NCBI GenBank assembly: GCA_965277685.1
Contig: OZ255830.1
Coordinates: 14,829-78,828, forward strand
Source of the DNA: Alphaproteobacteria bacterium
Lineage (GTDB): Bacteria > Pseudomonadota > Alphaproteobacteria > GM7ARS4 > CBDIDI01
Reading direction: 5' to 3'
DNA: 64,000 nucleotides
How positions within the stretch are numbered: position 1 is the first letter of the stretch; the number at the start of each line of letters is the position of its first letter. Shown piece by piece: positions 1-9,343 of the stretch. The notes under the pieces are model-generated. The model searched no databases and was not told the origin of the DNA. It worked only from the letters and a program-made list of their open reading frames with translations. Both the position numbers and the translations under genes were made by a program.

Positions 1-63
1 GATGCCCCCGATAACACAAAGAACGATGCAACGGATGCGTTTGACGATAAGGTTCTCGAGTTC

Positions 64-246
64 TTGGTGTGTCCGGTGACGAAAACCCCGCTGCGTTATG
101 ATCGAGAGGCCCAAGAGTTAATCAGCGATAAAGCGGGATTGGCCTATCCGATAAAGGACGGCATCGCGATTATGTTGATCGATCAAGCGCGCCCGATTTC
201 CCCTAACACATCAACCCGGCCATCGTCTAAATCATCGGCCGAGTAG
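64..246 (+). CDS. Trm112-family small protein (UPF0434/YcaR-like). The reading frame is open back to the window start, so the true start may lie upstream of the TTG at 64.
   Basis: Translation [45 protein letters not shown] matches the Trm112 consensus (VCPxxKxPL...LxYPIxDGIPxMLxDEAR). Confidence 0.75.
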   Translation: MVCPVTKTPLRYDREAQELISDKAGLAYPIKDGIAIMLIDQARPISPNTSTRPSSKSSAE

Positions 247-476
247 GGCATCGATCAAGCCCGGGGGCCGAGCAGGGCATCGATCAGGCCGGGGGCCGAG
301 GAAAACACCCCGCTTCATCGGTTGGGTCTTTTTCGATCGGCACTATTTCGCTTTTGGGTCTTTGTCTAAACCATCGGCCGAGTAGGGCATCGATCAAGCC
401 GGGGGCCGAGGGAAACACCCCGCTCCATCGGTTGGGTCTTTTTCGATCGGCGCTATTTCGCTTTTGGGTCTTTTAT
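232..476. repeat. Intergenic tandem duplication of about 125 bp (two imperfect copies), with a nested about 30-bp gggcatcgatcaXgccgggggccgag triplet.
   Basis: The string catcggccgagtagggcatcgatcaagcc(c)gggggccgagg.aaacaccccgct.catcggttgggtctttttcgatcggc.ctatttcgcttttgggtcttt occurs at about 232-357 and again at about 370-476. Confidence 0.85.
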
Positions 477-1412
477 GTCGCACGATCGGCGGGGGTGCAC
501 ATGATCCAGCATTTCATCCATCGCCGCTTGTATGCGCGCGCGCCATTGCGGACTTGATAGGCGGTGGTCCCCATCTTTAAGCAGGATCAGGCGGGACTCC
601 TTGCTTTGCAATAATTCCATGACGGAAAGGGAATCGCGCCAAGAAACGGCATCATCGGCCGTGCCGTGGATGAAAATGGCCGGACAATCAAGTGGGATTG
701 GCCGGCCAAGCAGGCAATGGCGGCGCGCCTCCTTGATCATATCGATCGATAGGGTAATCGGCGGGGCGATCGATGGGCTGCTTTTATCGGGCGATATTTG
801 CCCCTGTGGTTTTTGCCCGGATGATGTTTGCCCCTGTGATTTTTGGTCATGTGGTTTTTGCTCATGTGATGTTTTGGGGGGGGATGTCCCGGTGGATATT
901 TGAGACGGTTCTCGGGTGCACGGTTTCGGGCAAGGGGATGCCTGCAATACCCATTGCCCGTCGCGTTCGGCTTGCTTTTTTTCTTCCGCGTTGAGCGATT
1001 GCCACAAACGCTGTGTTGCATCGACCGCCGTGGCAATCCCGACAAGGCCATGAATGCGTGTCTTTCTTGCCAGCGCGGCCAGCAGCATAATCCAACCGCC
1101 AATGCTTGAGCCGACAAGAATCTGTGGCCCGCGACTGTGATGGTCGATCATGTCGATCGCATCGTTCAACCAGTCGCCGATGGTGCAATCGGTGAATTTC
1201 CGATCGGATTGACCGTGACCGGAATAGTCAAAGCGCAGATAGTCAAGCCCGCGCCGCCGGCACCATAGGTCAAGCGTAGCGGCTTTATCCCCGTCCATAT
1301 CGGACATCAATCCATGAAGAAAGATAACCCCGGGATTTTCCGGCTTGCCCCGGCGGCGGCGATAGGCCAGTCTATGGCCGTTAGCGCGGGAAAAAAATTG
1401 CAATTGCGTCAT
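453..1412 (-). CDS. Alpha/beta-hydrolase fold esterase/lipase-family protein with an in-frame low-complexity insert.
   Basis: VIFLHGLMSD...GHGQSD...VGSSIGG nucleophile-elbow motif and a C-terminal GDHRL motif. An S/P/Q/K-rich insert is encoded by a DNA tandem repeat at about 776-880. Confidence 0.75.
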   Translation of the reverse strand: MTQLQFFSRANGHRLAYRRRRGKPENPGVIFLHGLMSDMDGDKAATLDLWCRRRGLDYLRFDYSGHGQSDRKFTDCTIGDWLNDAIDMIDHHSRGPQILVGSSIGGWIMLLAALARKTRIHGLVGIATAVDATQRLWQSLNAEEKKQAERDGQWVLQASPCPKPCTREPSQISTGTSPPKTSHEQKPHDQKSQGQTSSGQKPQGQISPDKSSPSIAPPITLSIDMIKEARRHCLLGRPIPLDCPAIFIHGTADDAVSWRDSLSVMELLQSKESRLILLKDGDHRLSSPQWRARIQAAMDEMLDHVHPRRSCDIKDPKAK

Positions 1413-1633
1413 TTAATTTTCATTCCCCTTTTCATTTTCATTCCCCTTGGTGGTAAAAAGGTCGATTGTCGGGGCGGCTTTTTGTCGGCCCGATGATGAA
1501 TAGGCCGTGCGTCCGATCGTCTGCCCTATAATTGGCTGGGTAATTTGCCCGGTAATTTGCTGGTTAGTCTTATGGTAACGCCCGATGATTAATAGGCGAT
1601 TTTTTCAAACGGAGATACGAGAGATAGTTTCTT

Positions 1634-3943
1634 ATGGTTGCATCGGTCAACGATAATCGCGCATTGCCGATCGCGTCTTTCGATTCATCCGGTTCATCCG
1701 TCGGATCGGCAAAAGACGAATGGCCGGCAAATGGCAACGGCCCGGGCCCGGCATCGCCCCCGGGCGCAGCATTGCCCAAGGATGGGGCGGGTGGGGCATC
1801 CGATTCCAAACCGATACGGGTGATGCAGGTCTTGCCGTCCTTGGATGGCGGCGGCGGGGTCGAGCGCGGGTCGCGCGATATCGCCATGGCCCTTCGCGCC
1901 CATGGGATGGGAAGCTATATTGCCTGCCGCTCGGGCAAGGAAGCGGAGCGTTTATCGCGGCAGGGAATTACCCATATCCCGATCGATTTGCATCGGCGCG
2001 GCCCCTTATCGATCGCCACCAATGCCGTTGCTTTGATAAGGGCGATACGGCAATACAAAATCGATATCGTCCATGTCCGTTCACGCGCACCGGCGTGGAG
2101 TTGTCTTGTCGCCCGATGGTGGACGAATGTCGCGGTGGTGACGACATTCCATGGCTTTTATTCGGGGCATGATCGTTTTTTTAAACGTTTTTATAATCAA
2201 ATCATGCTGCGCGCGCAGGCGGTTATTGCGGTTTCACCCTTTATCGCTTCCCATATTCGAAAATATTATCGCTGTGCCGATAACCGATTGCATATGATTG
2301 GGCGCGGGGTCGACCGTCATCTTTTTGATCCCGATCGGGTACGGCCGGAACATGTGCGGAATATGCGCCGTTCCTGGGGGGTGTCGGACAAGGATCAGGT
2401 GGTGCTTTTGGCCGGTCGCGTATCCCCGTGGAAGGGGCATCGTTGGTTGCTTGAAAGTTTTGCGTCATGCGCGTCCAATCAAGAATCGATGGCGGCGCCG
2501 AAAAAAGGGCGTCAACGATTGGTCTGTATCGGTCACGCCGAACAAAACAGGCGGGTCGATGACCTGAAGGCCCGGGCCGGGCGTCTTGGTGTCGATATCA
2601 TTCTGGCCGGTCATTGTTCGGATATGGCAACGGCCTATATGGCGGCGGATGTCGTTGTCGCACCGTCGCTAAAGCCGGAGGCTTTTGGCCGTGTCGCAGC
2701 CGAGGCATTGGTGATGGGAAGGCCGGTCATCGCGGCGGCGCATGGCGGTTTCTTGGATATCGTTGCCGGATTAAGGGACTATGCCGGCACGGCGATGATA
2801 GCCGTTGAACCGGGCAACCACAATCAGCTAAGCGCCGCCTTGGATCGGCTTTGGCATGATCGTCCGGGCACGATTTGCAACGCGCTTCGTGCGCACGTTC
2901 TGGAACGTTACAGCCTGGAATTGATGACACAAAAAACATTGGCCGTGTATCGGCATGTCGGTGCCGAAAAAAACCGCCATGATCGCCATCAACGTGTCGT
3001 TGTCATCCTGTTTGGCGCGCTCGGTGACATAATACGGGCAAGTGGCGCGATGGCTTCGATTCGCCGCCACCACCGCGATGCCCATATCACCTTGGCGACG
3101 ACCAAGCCGTATCTGGATTTAGCCGACCAATTGGCCCTATTCGATGATTGGTGGTCGGTGCGCCGATCCTGGTTCTGGCTTGGGCGAAACGGATTGTGGC
3201 GTATGTTGGGACGATTGCGCCGCCATCGCCCCCATATTGTCTATGATCTTCAAAATTCGCGCAAAAGCCGTTTTCTGCGCCATGCTTTCACCGCAAGCCG
3301 ATGGCCGACGCATTGGTGCGGCCGCGCGCGGCGGCCCGATGACAAAAGCGATGCCCTCGAGCGGATAGGGCGGCAATTACGAGGATGCGGGGTGACGACA
3401 ATCCTCGATCCCGACATCCGCATGATCAAATCGGATTTGCGCCGCTTTGGCGTGTCTTCCCCCTATGTGTTGCTGGCACCGGGGGCGTCCAAAGATAAAA
3501 AGCGTTGGACCGAGGAAGGATACGGTATTTTGCTTGATTTTTTTTCGAAAAGAGGTTTTCAAAGCGTCATTGTCGCCAGTGCGGCCGAGCGATCGATAAC
3601 CCGCCGGATTTGGCGGATGGCACCGCGTGATGTCTTGGATCTTGGGGGACGCACCGGCTTTGCCGATCTTGCGATGCTGGCCGATGGCGCGACCCTTGCC
3701 GTCGGCCATGACAGTGGCCCGTCCCATATTTTCGCAACGCGGGGCTGTCCGTGTCTTCTTTTACTCAATTACCATGACGAATGGTACCGCACGGTGCCGC
3801 GTGGGGATGTGCGCTTTGCTTTTGAGACGAATCTTAAATCGCTCAGTATAAGCAAAGTCACCAATATATTGGATATGATGCTGCGCCAACCTTATATACG
3901 GGCGCGATCGGTCAAAACACCGAAAGACAAAGACCAAGGATGA
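1634..3943 (+). CDS. Bifunctional glycosyltransferase: N-terminal GT4 (GT1-fold) domain fused to a C-terminal GT9 heptosyltransferase-like domain; probable LPS-core biosynthesis enzyme.
   Basis: N-terminal half: RVMQVLPSLDGGGGVERGSRD...EAFGRVAAEALVMGRPVIAAAHGGFLDIV (GT4 signature). C-terminal half: RVVVILFGALGDIIRASG...LLAPGASKDKKRWTEEGY...VGHDSGPSHIFATRGCPCLLL (GT9 RfaF/RfaC-like). Confidence 0.75.
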   Translation: MVASVNDNRALPIASFDSSGSSVGSAKDEWPANGNGPGPASPPGAALPKDGAGGASDSKPIRVMQVLPSLDGGGGVERGSRDIAMALRAHGMGSYIACRSGKEAERLSRQGITHIPIDLHRRGPLSIATNAVALIRAIRQYKIDIVHVRSRAPAWSCLVARWWTNVAVVTTFHGFYSGHDRFFKRFYNQIMLRAQAVIAVSPFIASHIRKYYRCADNRLHMIGRGVDRHLFDPDRVRPEHVRNMRRSWGVSDKDQVVLLAGRVSPWKGHRWLLESFASCASNQESMAAPKKGRQRLVCIGHAEQNRRVDDLKARAGRLGVDIILAGHCSDMATAYMAADVVVAPSLKPEAFGRVAAEALVMGRPVIAAAHGGFLDIVAGLRDYAGTAMIAVEPGNHNQLSAALDRLWHDRPGTICNALRAHVLERYSLELMTQKTLAVYRHVGAEKNRHDRHQRVVVILFGALGDIIRASGAMASIRRHHRDAHITLATTKPYLDLADQLALFDDWWSVRRSWFWLGRNGLWRMLGRLRRHRPHIVYDLQNSRKSRFLRHAFTASRWPTHWCGRARRPDDKSDALERIGRQLRGCGVTTILDPDIRMIKSDLRRFGVSSPYVLLAPGASKDKKRWTEEGYGILLDFFSKRGFQSVIVASAAERSITRRIWRMAPRDVLDLGGRTGFADLAMLADGATLAVGHDSGPSHIFATRGCPCLLLLNYHDEWYRTVPRGDVRFAFETNLKSLSISKVTNILDMMLRQPYIRARSVKTPKDKDQG

Positions 3944-3967
3944 TCGATGGGGGAGAGAAAAAATCGC

Positions 3968-4387
3968 TTATCTGGGGGTGGCCCGGGTTTTTTCCGTCGA
4001 TTCATGCAATTCCTGGGCTTCGATACTCATCGTTGCGATCGGGCGCGCCTCAAGACGCTTGATGCTGATCGGCTCGCCGGAAAACTCGCAATAGCCATAG
4101 GTGCCGTTTTCGATACGTTGCAACGCTTGCTCGATTTTCACGATCAATTTGCGTTCCCGGTCGCGGGTGCGCAGGGTGATGCTGCGCTCGGACTCGGATA
4201 GGGCCTGGTCAAGCGGATCGCTTTCCTTTTGGGTTCCGCGCTGCAATTCGCGCTTGGTGTTATTGCCCTCCTGCAACAGAAGGTCGCGCCATTCGATCAA
4301 CTTCAGGCGGAAATATTCCCTTTGTTGGGCATTCATGAAGGGTTCGGATTGTTTCGGCTTGTAACCGGGGGGAAGTGCTATTTTCAT
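3968..4387 (-). CDS. dksA: RNA polymerase-binding transcription factor DksA. The start is taken as the internal Met (MKIALPP); the longer 231-aa ORF is probably an over-extension.
   Basis: QREYFRLKL...DPLDQALSESERSITLRTRDRERKLIVKIEQALQRIENGTYGYCEFSGEPISIKRLEARP is a DksA/TraR coiled-coil plus C-terminal motif; only one Cys is present in the zinc-finger region. Confidence 0.8.
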   Translation of the reverse strand: MKIALPPGYKPKQSEPFMNAQQREYFRLKLIEWRDLLLQEGNNTKRELQRGTQKESDPLDQALSESERSITLRTRDRERKLIVKIEQALQRIENGTYGYCEFSGEPISIKRLEARPIATMSIEAQELHESTEKTRATPR

Positions 4388-4670
4388 AAGCGGATAAGGG
4401 GGATGAGTAGGGACAATAAAAACAAACGTTAGAGGATGTAAACGGGGCAAAACTATATCCATTTTGAGCGCATTGACAAGCCATAATTGCGTCCGTGCTT
4501 CGATCGCCCGGATCTTAATGCCATCGATATTTTCATCACGGGCATCCGAATGAAGGCCGAATGCCAATGGCATCGTCTTGCCGGTGTGCCTTTTTATATC
4601 GGTGTTTCTTCCTCCCTTTTTTTGTTTTTGCGCCGATCTTCCCAGGCTTTGGTCTATCGGCAATCCGGTA

Positions 4671-5267
4671 TCATTTTTCCGGATGGAGAAGAAAATAGGT
4701 TACGGTCATATTGTCTTCACGCTTTGATTCAATGGAGAGAATTTCATCTTCCCTGGACCAGGCAAGAGACGGCGCTTGGATCCATCCGATATGGGGTAAA
4801 ACGCCGCGGTAATAGGCGTCAACGGCATCGGGGCTATGGTCGGAAAAGGCAATGATTTCAATAATCCGGCCGGCCGGCGTGTCAAAGACGGTCATCATTT
4901 CATCCCGCACCGCAAGACCTTGCATCAAGGGGATGCCGCCGGGCAGAAAATGATCCCGTATATGGTTCGTGGTCGCGTCGATGCCCGCGCCTTTTTCGGC
5001 ATGCGCCCGCCCGTCCAATCCCGGGATAACGGTAAAAACGAGGGCGACCATGATAACCCGATGGATCCCCCGATCAATCAACCGATGAATACCCCGATGA
5101 ATCTTGGCCCATATTCGGTGCATAGGGGCACTATCGAACCACGCGCGCAATCCGATATCGGCATCGCTTTTGCATGGGGCGGATGGGATTCGGGCAATCA
5201 TTTGCGATCCGGCACGGGCGGGGGTACTCATCGTGTGCTTGTATCCTCTTTCTGGCAATTTGGGCAA
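4671..5267 (-). CDS. Hypothetical protein, possibly exported. The N-terminus is uncertain and overlaps the mutM 3' end.
   Basis: Long ORF with a hydrophobic segment MVALVFTVIPGLDGRAHA; no motif recognised. Confidence 0.4.
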   Translation of the reverse strand: MPKLPERGYKHTMSTPARAGSQMIARIPSAPCKSDADIGLRAWFDSAPMHRIWAKIHRGIHRLIDRGIHRVIMVALVFTVIPGLDGRAHAEKGAGIDATTNHIRDHFLPGGIPLMQGLAVRDEMMTVFDTPAGRIIEIIAFSDHSPDAVDAYYRGVLPHIGWIQAPSLAWSREDEILSIESKREDNMTVTYFLLHPEK

Positions 5268-6100
5268 CTGAATGTTGATCGCCCGCCAAAGCGCAAGCGA
5301 ATGATGGTTCGGCGACAGCGCGGACAGGGTTTGCCCGCACGGCCATAGACGACAAAATCATGTTGAAAATATCCGGGGGTTTGATCGGGAAGTTGGTGAT
5401 CGCGCAGGGTCGATCCGCCCGCGGCGATGGCGCGGCGCAGGACGCAGCGCAACGCACGGTGCAATCGGCGGCATTCATCATCATTTAAACCGCCGCCGGA
5501 ACGAAGCGGAGAAATACCCGCGCCGAACAACGCTTCACACGCATAAATATTGCCGATACCGGCAACAATTCTTTGGTCGAGAAGCAAGTTTTTAATCGGT
5601 GCCGCGCGCCCACCGATATCCTTTTGCAGCCGTTGCCAATTCCATCGCGCGGACAGCGGTTCCGGCCCCATTTGACGAATGGCCAAAGGCCAGTGACGCG
5701 TGGATGGGGGAACATCATCGATCCAGCCAAATCGGCGCGGATCGTGATAGATCACATGCCCATGGGATGTGTCCATGATGACGTGATCATGGGTTTTCAA
5801 GGGTGACGTGGGCGAATCGATTCGAATATGACCGGACATTCCAAGATGGATCATCAATATCCGGGATGGCACGTCGTGATTCGCGTTTTGATCGACATCA
5901 TTTCGGCCAAGATATAAAAGCAAGAATTTACCGCGCCGTTTAATATGATGGATCGATAGTCCTTCGACACGGGAGGGCAAAGACCGGGACACCGTTCGGC
6001 GCAGGTCAAAACGCCGGATCGCGACCCGTTTTATGCAGGCCCGATGCAGACGCGCGGCAAGCGCGTTTTTAATGGTTTCAACTTCGGGCAATTCCGGCAT
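5228..6100 (-). CDS. mutM: Formamidopyrimidine-DNA glycosylase.
   Basis: N-terminal MPELPEVE catalytic motif and a C-terminal CPRC...CPNCQ zinc finger. Confidence 0.9.
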   Translation of the reverse strand: MPELPEVETIKNALAARLHRACIKRVAIRRFDLRRTVSRSLPSRVEGLSIHHIKRRGKFLLLYLGRNDVDQNANHDVPSRILMIHLGMSGHIRIDSPTSPLKTHDHVIMDTSHGHVIYHDPRRFGWIDDVPPSTRHWPLAIRQMGPEPLSARWNWQRLQKDIGGRAAPIKNLLLDQRIVAGIGNIYACEALFGAGISPLRSGGGLNDDECRRLHRALRCVLRRAIAAGGSTLRDHQLPDQTPGYFQHDFVVYGRAGKPCPRCRRTIIRLRFGGRSTFSCPNCQKEDTSTR

Positions 6101-6429
6101 TCGATGATTTTTCCGCTTTCATGGTTTTGCCGAAAGGCAGATTGCAACAAGACGGATGCGGCTTTCGGTGGATGGGACAGGTATCGATAGGGTGGGCGCA
6201 CCGGACATGGCAACGCTATACCAAGGGCTTGCCCTGGGTCAATCCATCGGCACCGTCGATGAATCCCATATCGATCGTTCATCTGAACCTTGGGGCGAAC
6301 CTTGGCGGTTTTGGGTGATGGTCGATGCTTTAAAAACATCTTTATCCCCCCTTGCCCCGTGCATATTGACGACGCAAGGCAAGTAAGACTATAAAACCAT
6401 CTTGGTATTCTTCTGACCCTTGGAACATT

Positions 6430-6717
6430 ATGCCCAATATTCAGTCTGCAAAAAAACGCGTTCGCCATACCGAGCGACGCACCTTCACAACCGCGGGACG
6501 ACGCCGTCGGACAGCAAGTTTTGTCAAACAATGCGAAACGGCCTTGGATTCGAGCGATCGGGAAGCGGCGAAAACCGCCCTCGACCGGGCGATTTCGGAA
6601 TTGGCCCGCTCTGCCGGACGGGGGATTATTCCGGCCCGCCGCGCATCGCGCAAAACATCACGCTTGGCGCTACGCTTTGCCAAGATGGATGCATCTGCCC
6701 CCGCCGCCAAAGGATAA
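6430..6717 (+). CDS. rpsT: 30S ribosomal protein S20.
   Basis: MPNIQSAKKRVRHTERRT...; basic protein of 95 aa. Confidence 0.9.
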   Translation: MPNIQSAKKRVRHTERRTFTTAGRRRRTASFVKQCETALDSSDREAAKTALDRAISELARSAGRGIIPARRASRKTSRLALRFAKMDASAPAAKG

Positions 6718-6880
6718 TCGCGCCCGTTAATAAAAGCGGCGCGAGCAATTTGCAGCCCGTTATCGTCGGAAAACATCCGGCAGCGCCTTTAACCAACGCC
6801 GGGTAAAGCGCCCCTTGCCGTCACCGATATGCCGATATCGATGCGATCTGTCTATGGGGCACGCCTATGGGGGGGCACGC

Positions 6881-8230
6881 CTATGGGGCGGTTTCATCGA
6901 GGACATCGGCGAGAATCGATACCATTTGCTCGATCTGACCGGTTGACACGATCAAGGGCGGCGACATGGCAATGACGTTGTGGGTCGAACGGACAAGAAG
7001 TCCCTTGGCAAAGCAACGCCGATAGATATCAAAAGCCCGTATCGCCCCAAAATCATCGCCATTTTCCCCGACCGATCCAATCTCAATAGCGGCGGCAAGG
7101 CCGATATTACGAATATCTTGCACGCCGGGCTTGTCGGCAAGGGAATGGATCTTTTCCTGCCATGGTTTTTCCATTTTTCGGGCGCGGGCGAAAAGATTTT
7201 CATCTTCGTAAATATCCAATGTCGCCATGGCCGCGGCACAGGCAAGGGGATGCCCCGAATAGGTATATCCATGGGGCAATTCAATCGCATGTGGGGCAAG
7301 TGGGCGATCGCCGATCGTATCGGCAATGGTTCGATCAACGGCGACCGCGCCCATTGGCATCGCGCCATTGGTTATGCCCTTGGCAAGGGTCATGATGTCC
7401 GGGGTGATGGAAAAACGCCGGCAGGCGGACACATGGCCCAATCGACCAAACGCGGTGATGACCTCATCGGCGATCAATGGAATGGCGTATTTTCGGCATA
7501 GTGTTTGCAAACGTTCCAAATACCCTTTTGGCGGCACTAAAACGCCGGTTGATCCGGCCATCGGTTCGATGATCAAGGCGGCAATCGCGTCCGGGCCATG
7601 GGCGGCAATCACGCGTTCGAAATCATCGGCGATATCGGCTCCATGTTCGGGTTGTCCCCGGCTAAAGGCATTGCGCTTCGGGTCGTGGGTATCGCGAATA
7701 TGGTCGACATTGGGCAGCATCGGCGCGAAAAGGTCTTTGTTATTGGCCATTCCGCCGACGGAAAGCCCGCCGAAACAAACGCCGTGATAGTCGCGCACGC
7801 GACCGACCAGGATTCCATCTTTGGATGGCGATTGTTTTCCCAAAATACGGTGATAGGCAAGGGCAATTTTCAATGCGGTTTCGACCGCTTCCGAACCCGA
7901 GTTGACGAAAAATAGACGATTTGTATTGTTCGGCAATATCGATGCCAAGCGTTGGGCGCAGGCAAACACACCCGGGTGTCCCATCTGGAAAGCCGGGGCG
8001 TAATCGAGAGTTTTACCGGCGGCAAAGATGGCATCGCGGATGCGTTTGCGTCCGTGTCCGGCATTCACGCACCACAGCCCCGATGTGGCATCGAGAATGC
8101 GATCGCCTTTGTCGTTGATATAATACATGCCATTGGCGGCCACGACATTTCTCGGGTGATGGCGAAAATGACGATTGGCCGTAAACGGCATCCAATACGA
8201 TGGATGCCAATGGGACGAATGATCGGGCAT
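6881..8230 (-). CDS. Class-III (omega-amino acid:pyruvate type) PLP-dependent aminotransferase.
   Basis: GLWCVNAGHG..., VNSGSEAVETALKIA..., LIADEVITAFGRLG..., MTLAKGITNG are the class-III aminotransferase PLP-lysine region motifs. Confidence 0.85.
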   Translation of the reverse strand: MPDHSSHWHPSYWMPFTANRHFRHHPRNVVAANGMYYINDKGDRILDATSGLWCVNAGHGRKRIRDAIFAAGKTLDYAPAFQMGHPGVFACAQRLASILPNNTNRLFFVNSGSEAVETALKIALAYHRILGKQSPSKDGILVGRVRDYHGVCFGGLSVGGMANNKDLFAPMLPNVDHIRDTHDPKRNAFSRGQPEHGADIADDFERVIAAHGPDAIAALIIEPMAGSTGVLVPPKGYLERLQTLCRKYAIPLIADEVITAFGRLGHVSACRRFSITPDIMTLAKGITNGAMPMGAVAVDRTIADTIGDRPLAPHAIELPHGYTYSGHPLACAAAMATLDIYEDENLFARARKMEKPWQEKIHSLADKPGVQDIRNIGLAAAIEIGSVGENGDDFGAIRAFDIYRRCFAKGLLVRSTHNVIAMSPPLIVSTGQIEQMVSILADVLDETAP

Positions 8231-8385
8231 AGCGTATCCTTTTATCCGAACGAAGAGATCACCACCGGCGATGACCCGTTATTTTTATAGGTGGATGACA
8301 CAGGATGATTGACTTTATTTTATTCCTTTTATAAACAAAGCGCACTATAAGAGAAATCCAGACAGGATCCACTGAGGGTAAGAGT

Positions 8386-8520
8386 GTGAAGAGAACGTAT
8401 CAACCAAGTCGATTAGTCCGCAAGAGGCGCCACGGCTTCCGATCCCGCATGGCGACGGTCGGTGGGCGCAAGGTTCTCGCACGTCGTCGCAAACGGGGAC
8501 GCAAGATCCTTTCGGCATAA
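8386..8520 (+). CDS. rpmH: 50S ribosomal protein L34 (GTG start; missing from the ORF track because it is under 60 aa).
   Basis: Translation [44 protein letters not shown]; a GAGGG ribosome-binding site lies upstream; it sits immediately before rnpA. Confidence 0.85.
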   Translation: MKRTYQPSRLVRKRRHGFRSRMATVGGRKVLARRRKRGRKILSA

Positions 8521-8538
8521 CAAACGGGCCTTCGCTCA

Positions 8539-8952
8539 ATGATGGAAGCCCTTTCCCGCAAACGGGATTTTCTTTCCCTTTCACGCAATGGAGTTAAACA
8601 TGTGGCACCGGCCTTTGTTCTTCTTGCGCGCAAGCGCGACCAAGAGGAGGGGGCGGACACGGTAAGGGTTGGTTATGCCGTTACGCGCAAACTTGGCAAG
8701 GCCGTCATTCGCAACCGGATCAAGCGCCGTTTGCGGGATGTCATTCGCCGTCGTTTGGCACCGGGGCATCATATCGGGTACGACTTTTTGTTCATTGCCC
8801 GGCAACGCGCTCAAAAATGCCGATTCACCCATCTGGAACGGGATATGGATAAGATTTTTGCCCGTGTTCTGGCGCGCCAAGGCGCGAAGAAAAACACGGA
8901 AAAATCGGCACGCAGGCCACGCAGACCCCAATCATCAACAGCAAAACGGTAG
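8539..8952 (+). CDS. rnpA: RNase P protein component.
   Basis: Basic protein of about 130 aa, KRDFLSLSRNGVKHVAPAFVLLARKR...RNRIKRRLRDVIRR; conserved rpmH-rnpA synteny. Confidence 0.85.
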   Translation: MMEALSRKRDFLSLSRNGVKHVAPAFVLLARKRDQEEGADTVRVGYAVTRKLGKAVIRNRIKRRLRDVIRRRLAPGHHIGYDFLFIARQRAQKCRFTHLERDMDKIFARVLARQGAKKNTEKSARRPRRPQSSTAKR

Positions 8953-8956
8953 GACA

Positions 8957-9343
8957 ATGATACGGATACAATCTTTTGCCGCTTTTATGGCGGCTGTATT
9001 AATGGCCTGTTGGCGATGGCTGGGGGTTCCGCTGTTGCATGTCCTTGTGCCGATTATGCCGCCGGTGCGGCGTTGTCGCTTTGATCCCAGTTGTTCCGAA
9101 TATGCCCGCATGGCCTTGTCCCGCCACGGCTTTATCCGTGGAACCGTTCTTGCGATTTGCCGAATTGCCCGGTGTCATCCGTGGGGTGCATGCGGGCATG
9201 ATCCGGTGCCACGGTCAAGCAATGGCCCCAATAATACCCTCCATCACAAGCGCAATAACGGCCATGATGGCGGTATGACCGGATATAAAGGGGGCGGGGT
9301 TTATCACGCCGACAACGGCACGGGAGCCGACCATGGACGATAA
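8957..9343 (+). CDS. yidD: Membrane protein insertion efficiency factor YidD.
   Basis: CRFDPSCSEYARMALSRHGFIRGTVLAICRIARCHPWGACGHDPVP is the YidD signature; it overlaps the rnpA 3' end as usual. Confidence 0.85.
   Translation: MIRIQSFAAFMAAVLMACWRWLGVPLLHVLVPIMPPVRRCRFDPSCSEYARMALSRHGFIRGTVLAICRIARCHPWGACGHDPVPRSSNGPNNTLHHKRNNGHDGGMTGYKGGGVYHADNGTGADHGR

Noticed and set aside
737-1188. Overlapping 100-130-aa ORFs in other frames within the hydrolase gene; also 1638-2172 within the glycosyltransferase and 27122-28449 within acs.
   Set aside because: They are nested inside strongly supported genes with family motifs. These are typical GC-rich alternative-frame ORFs.
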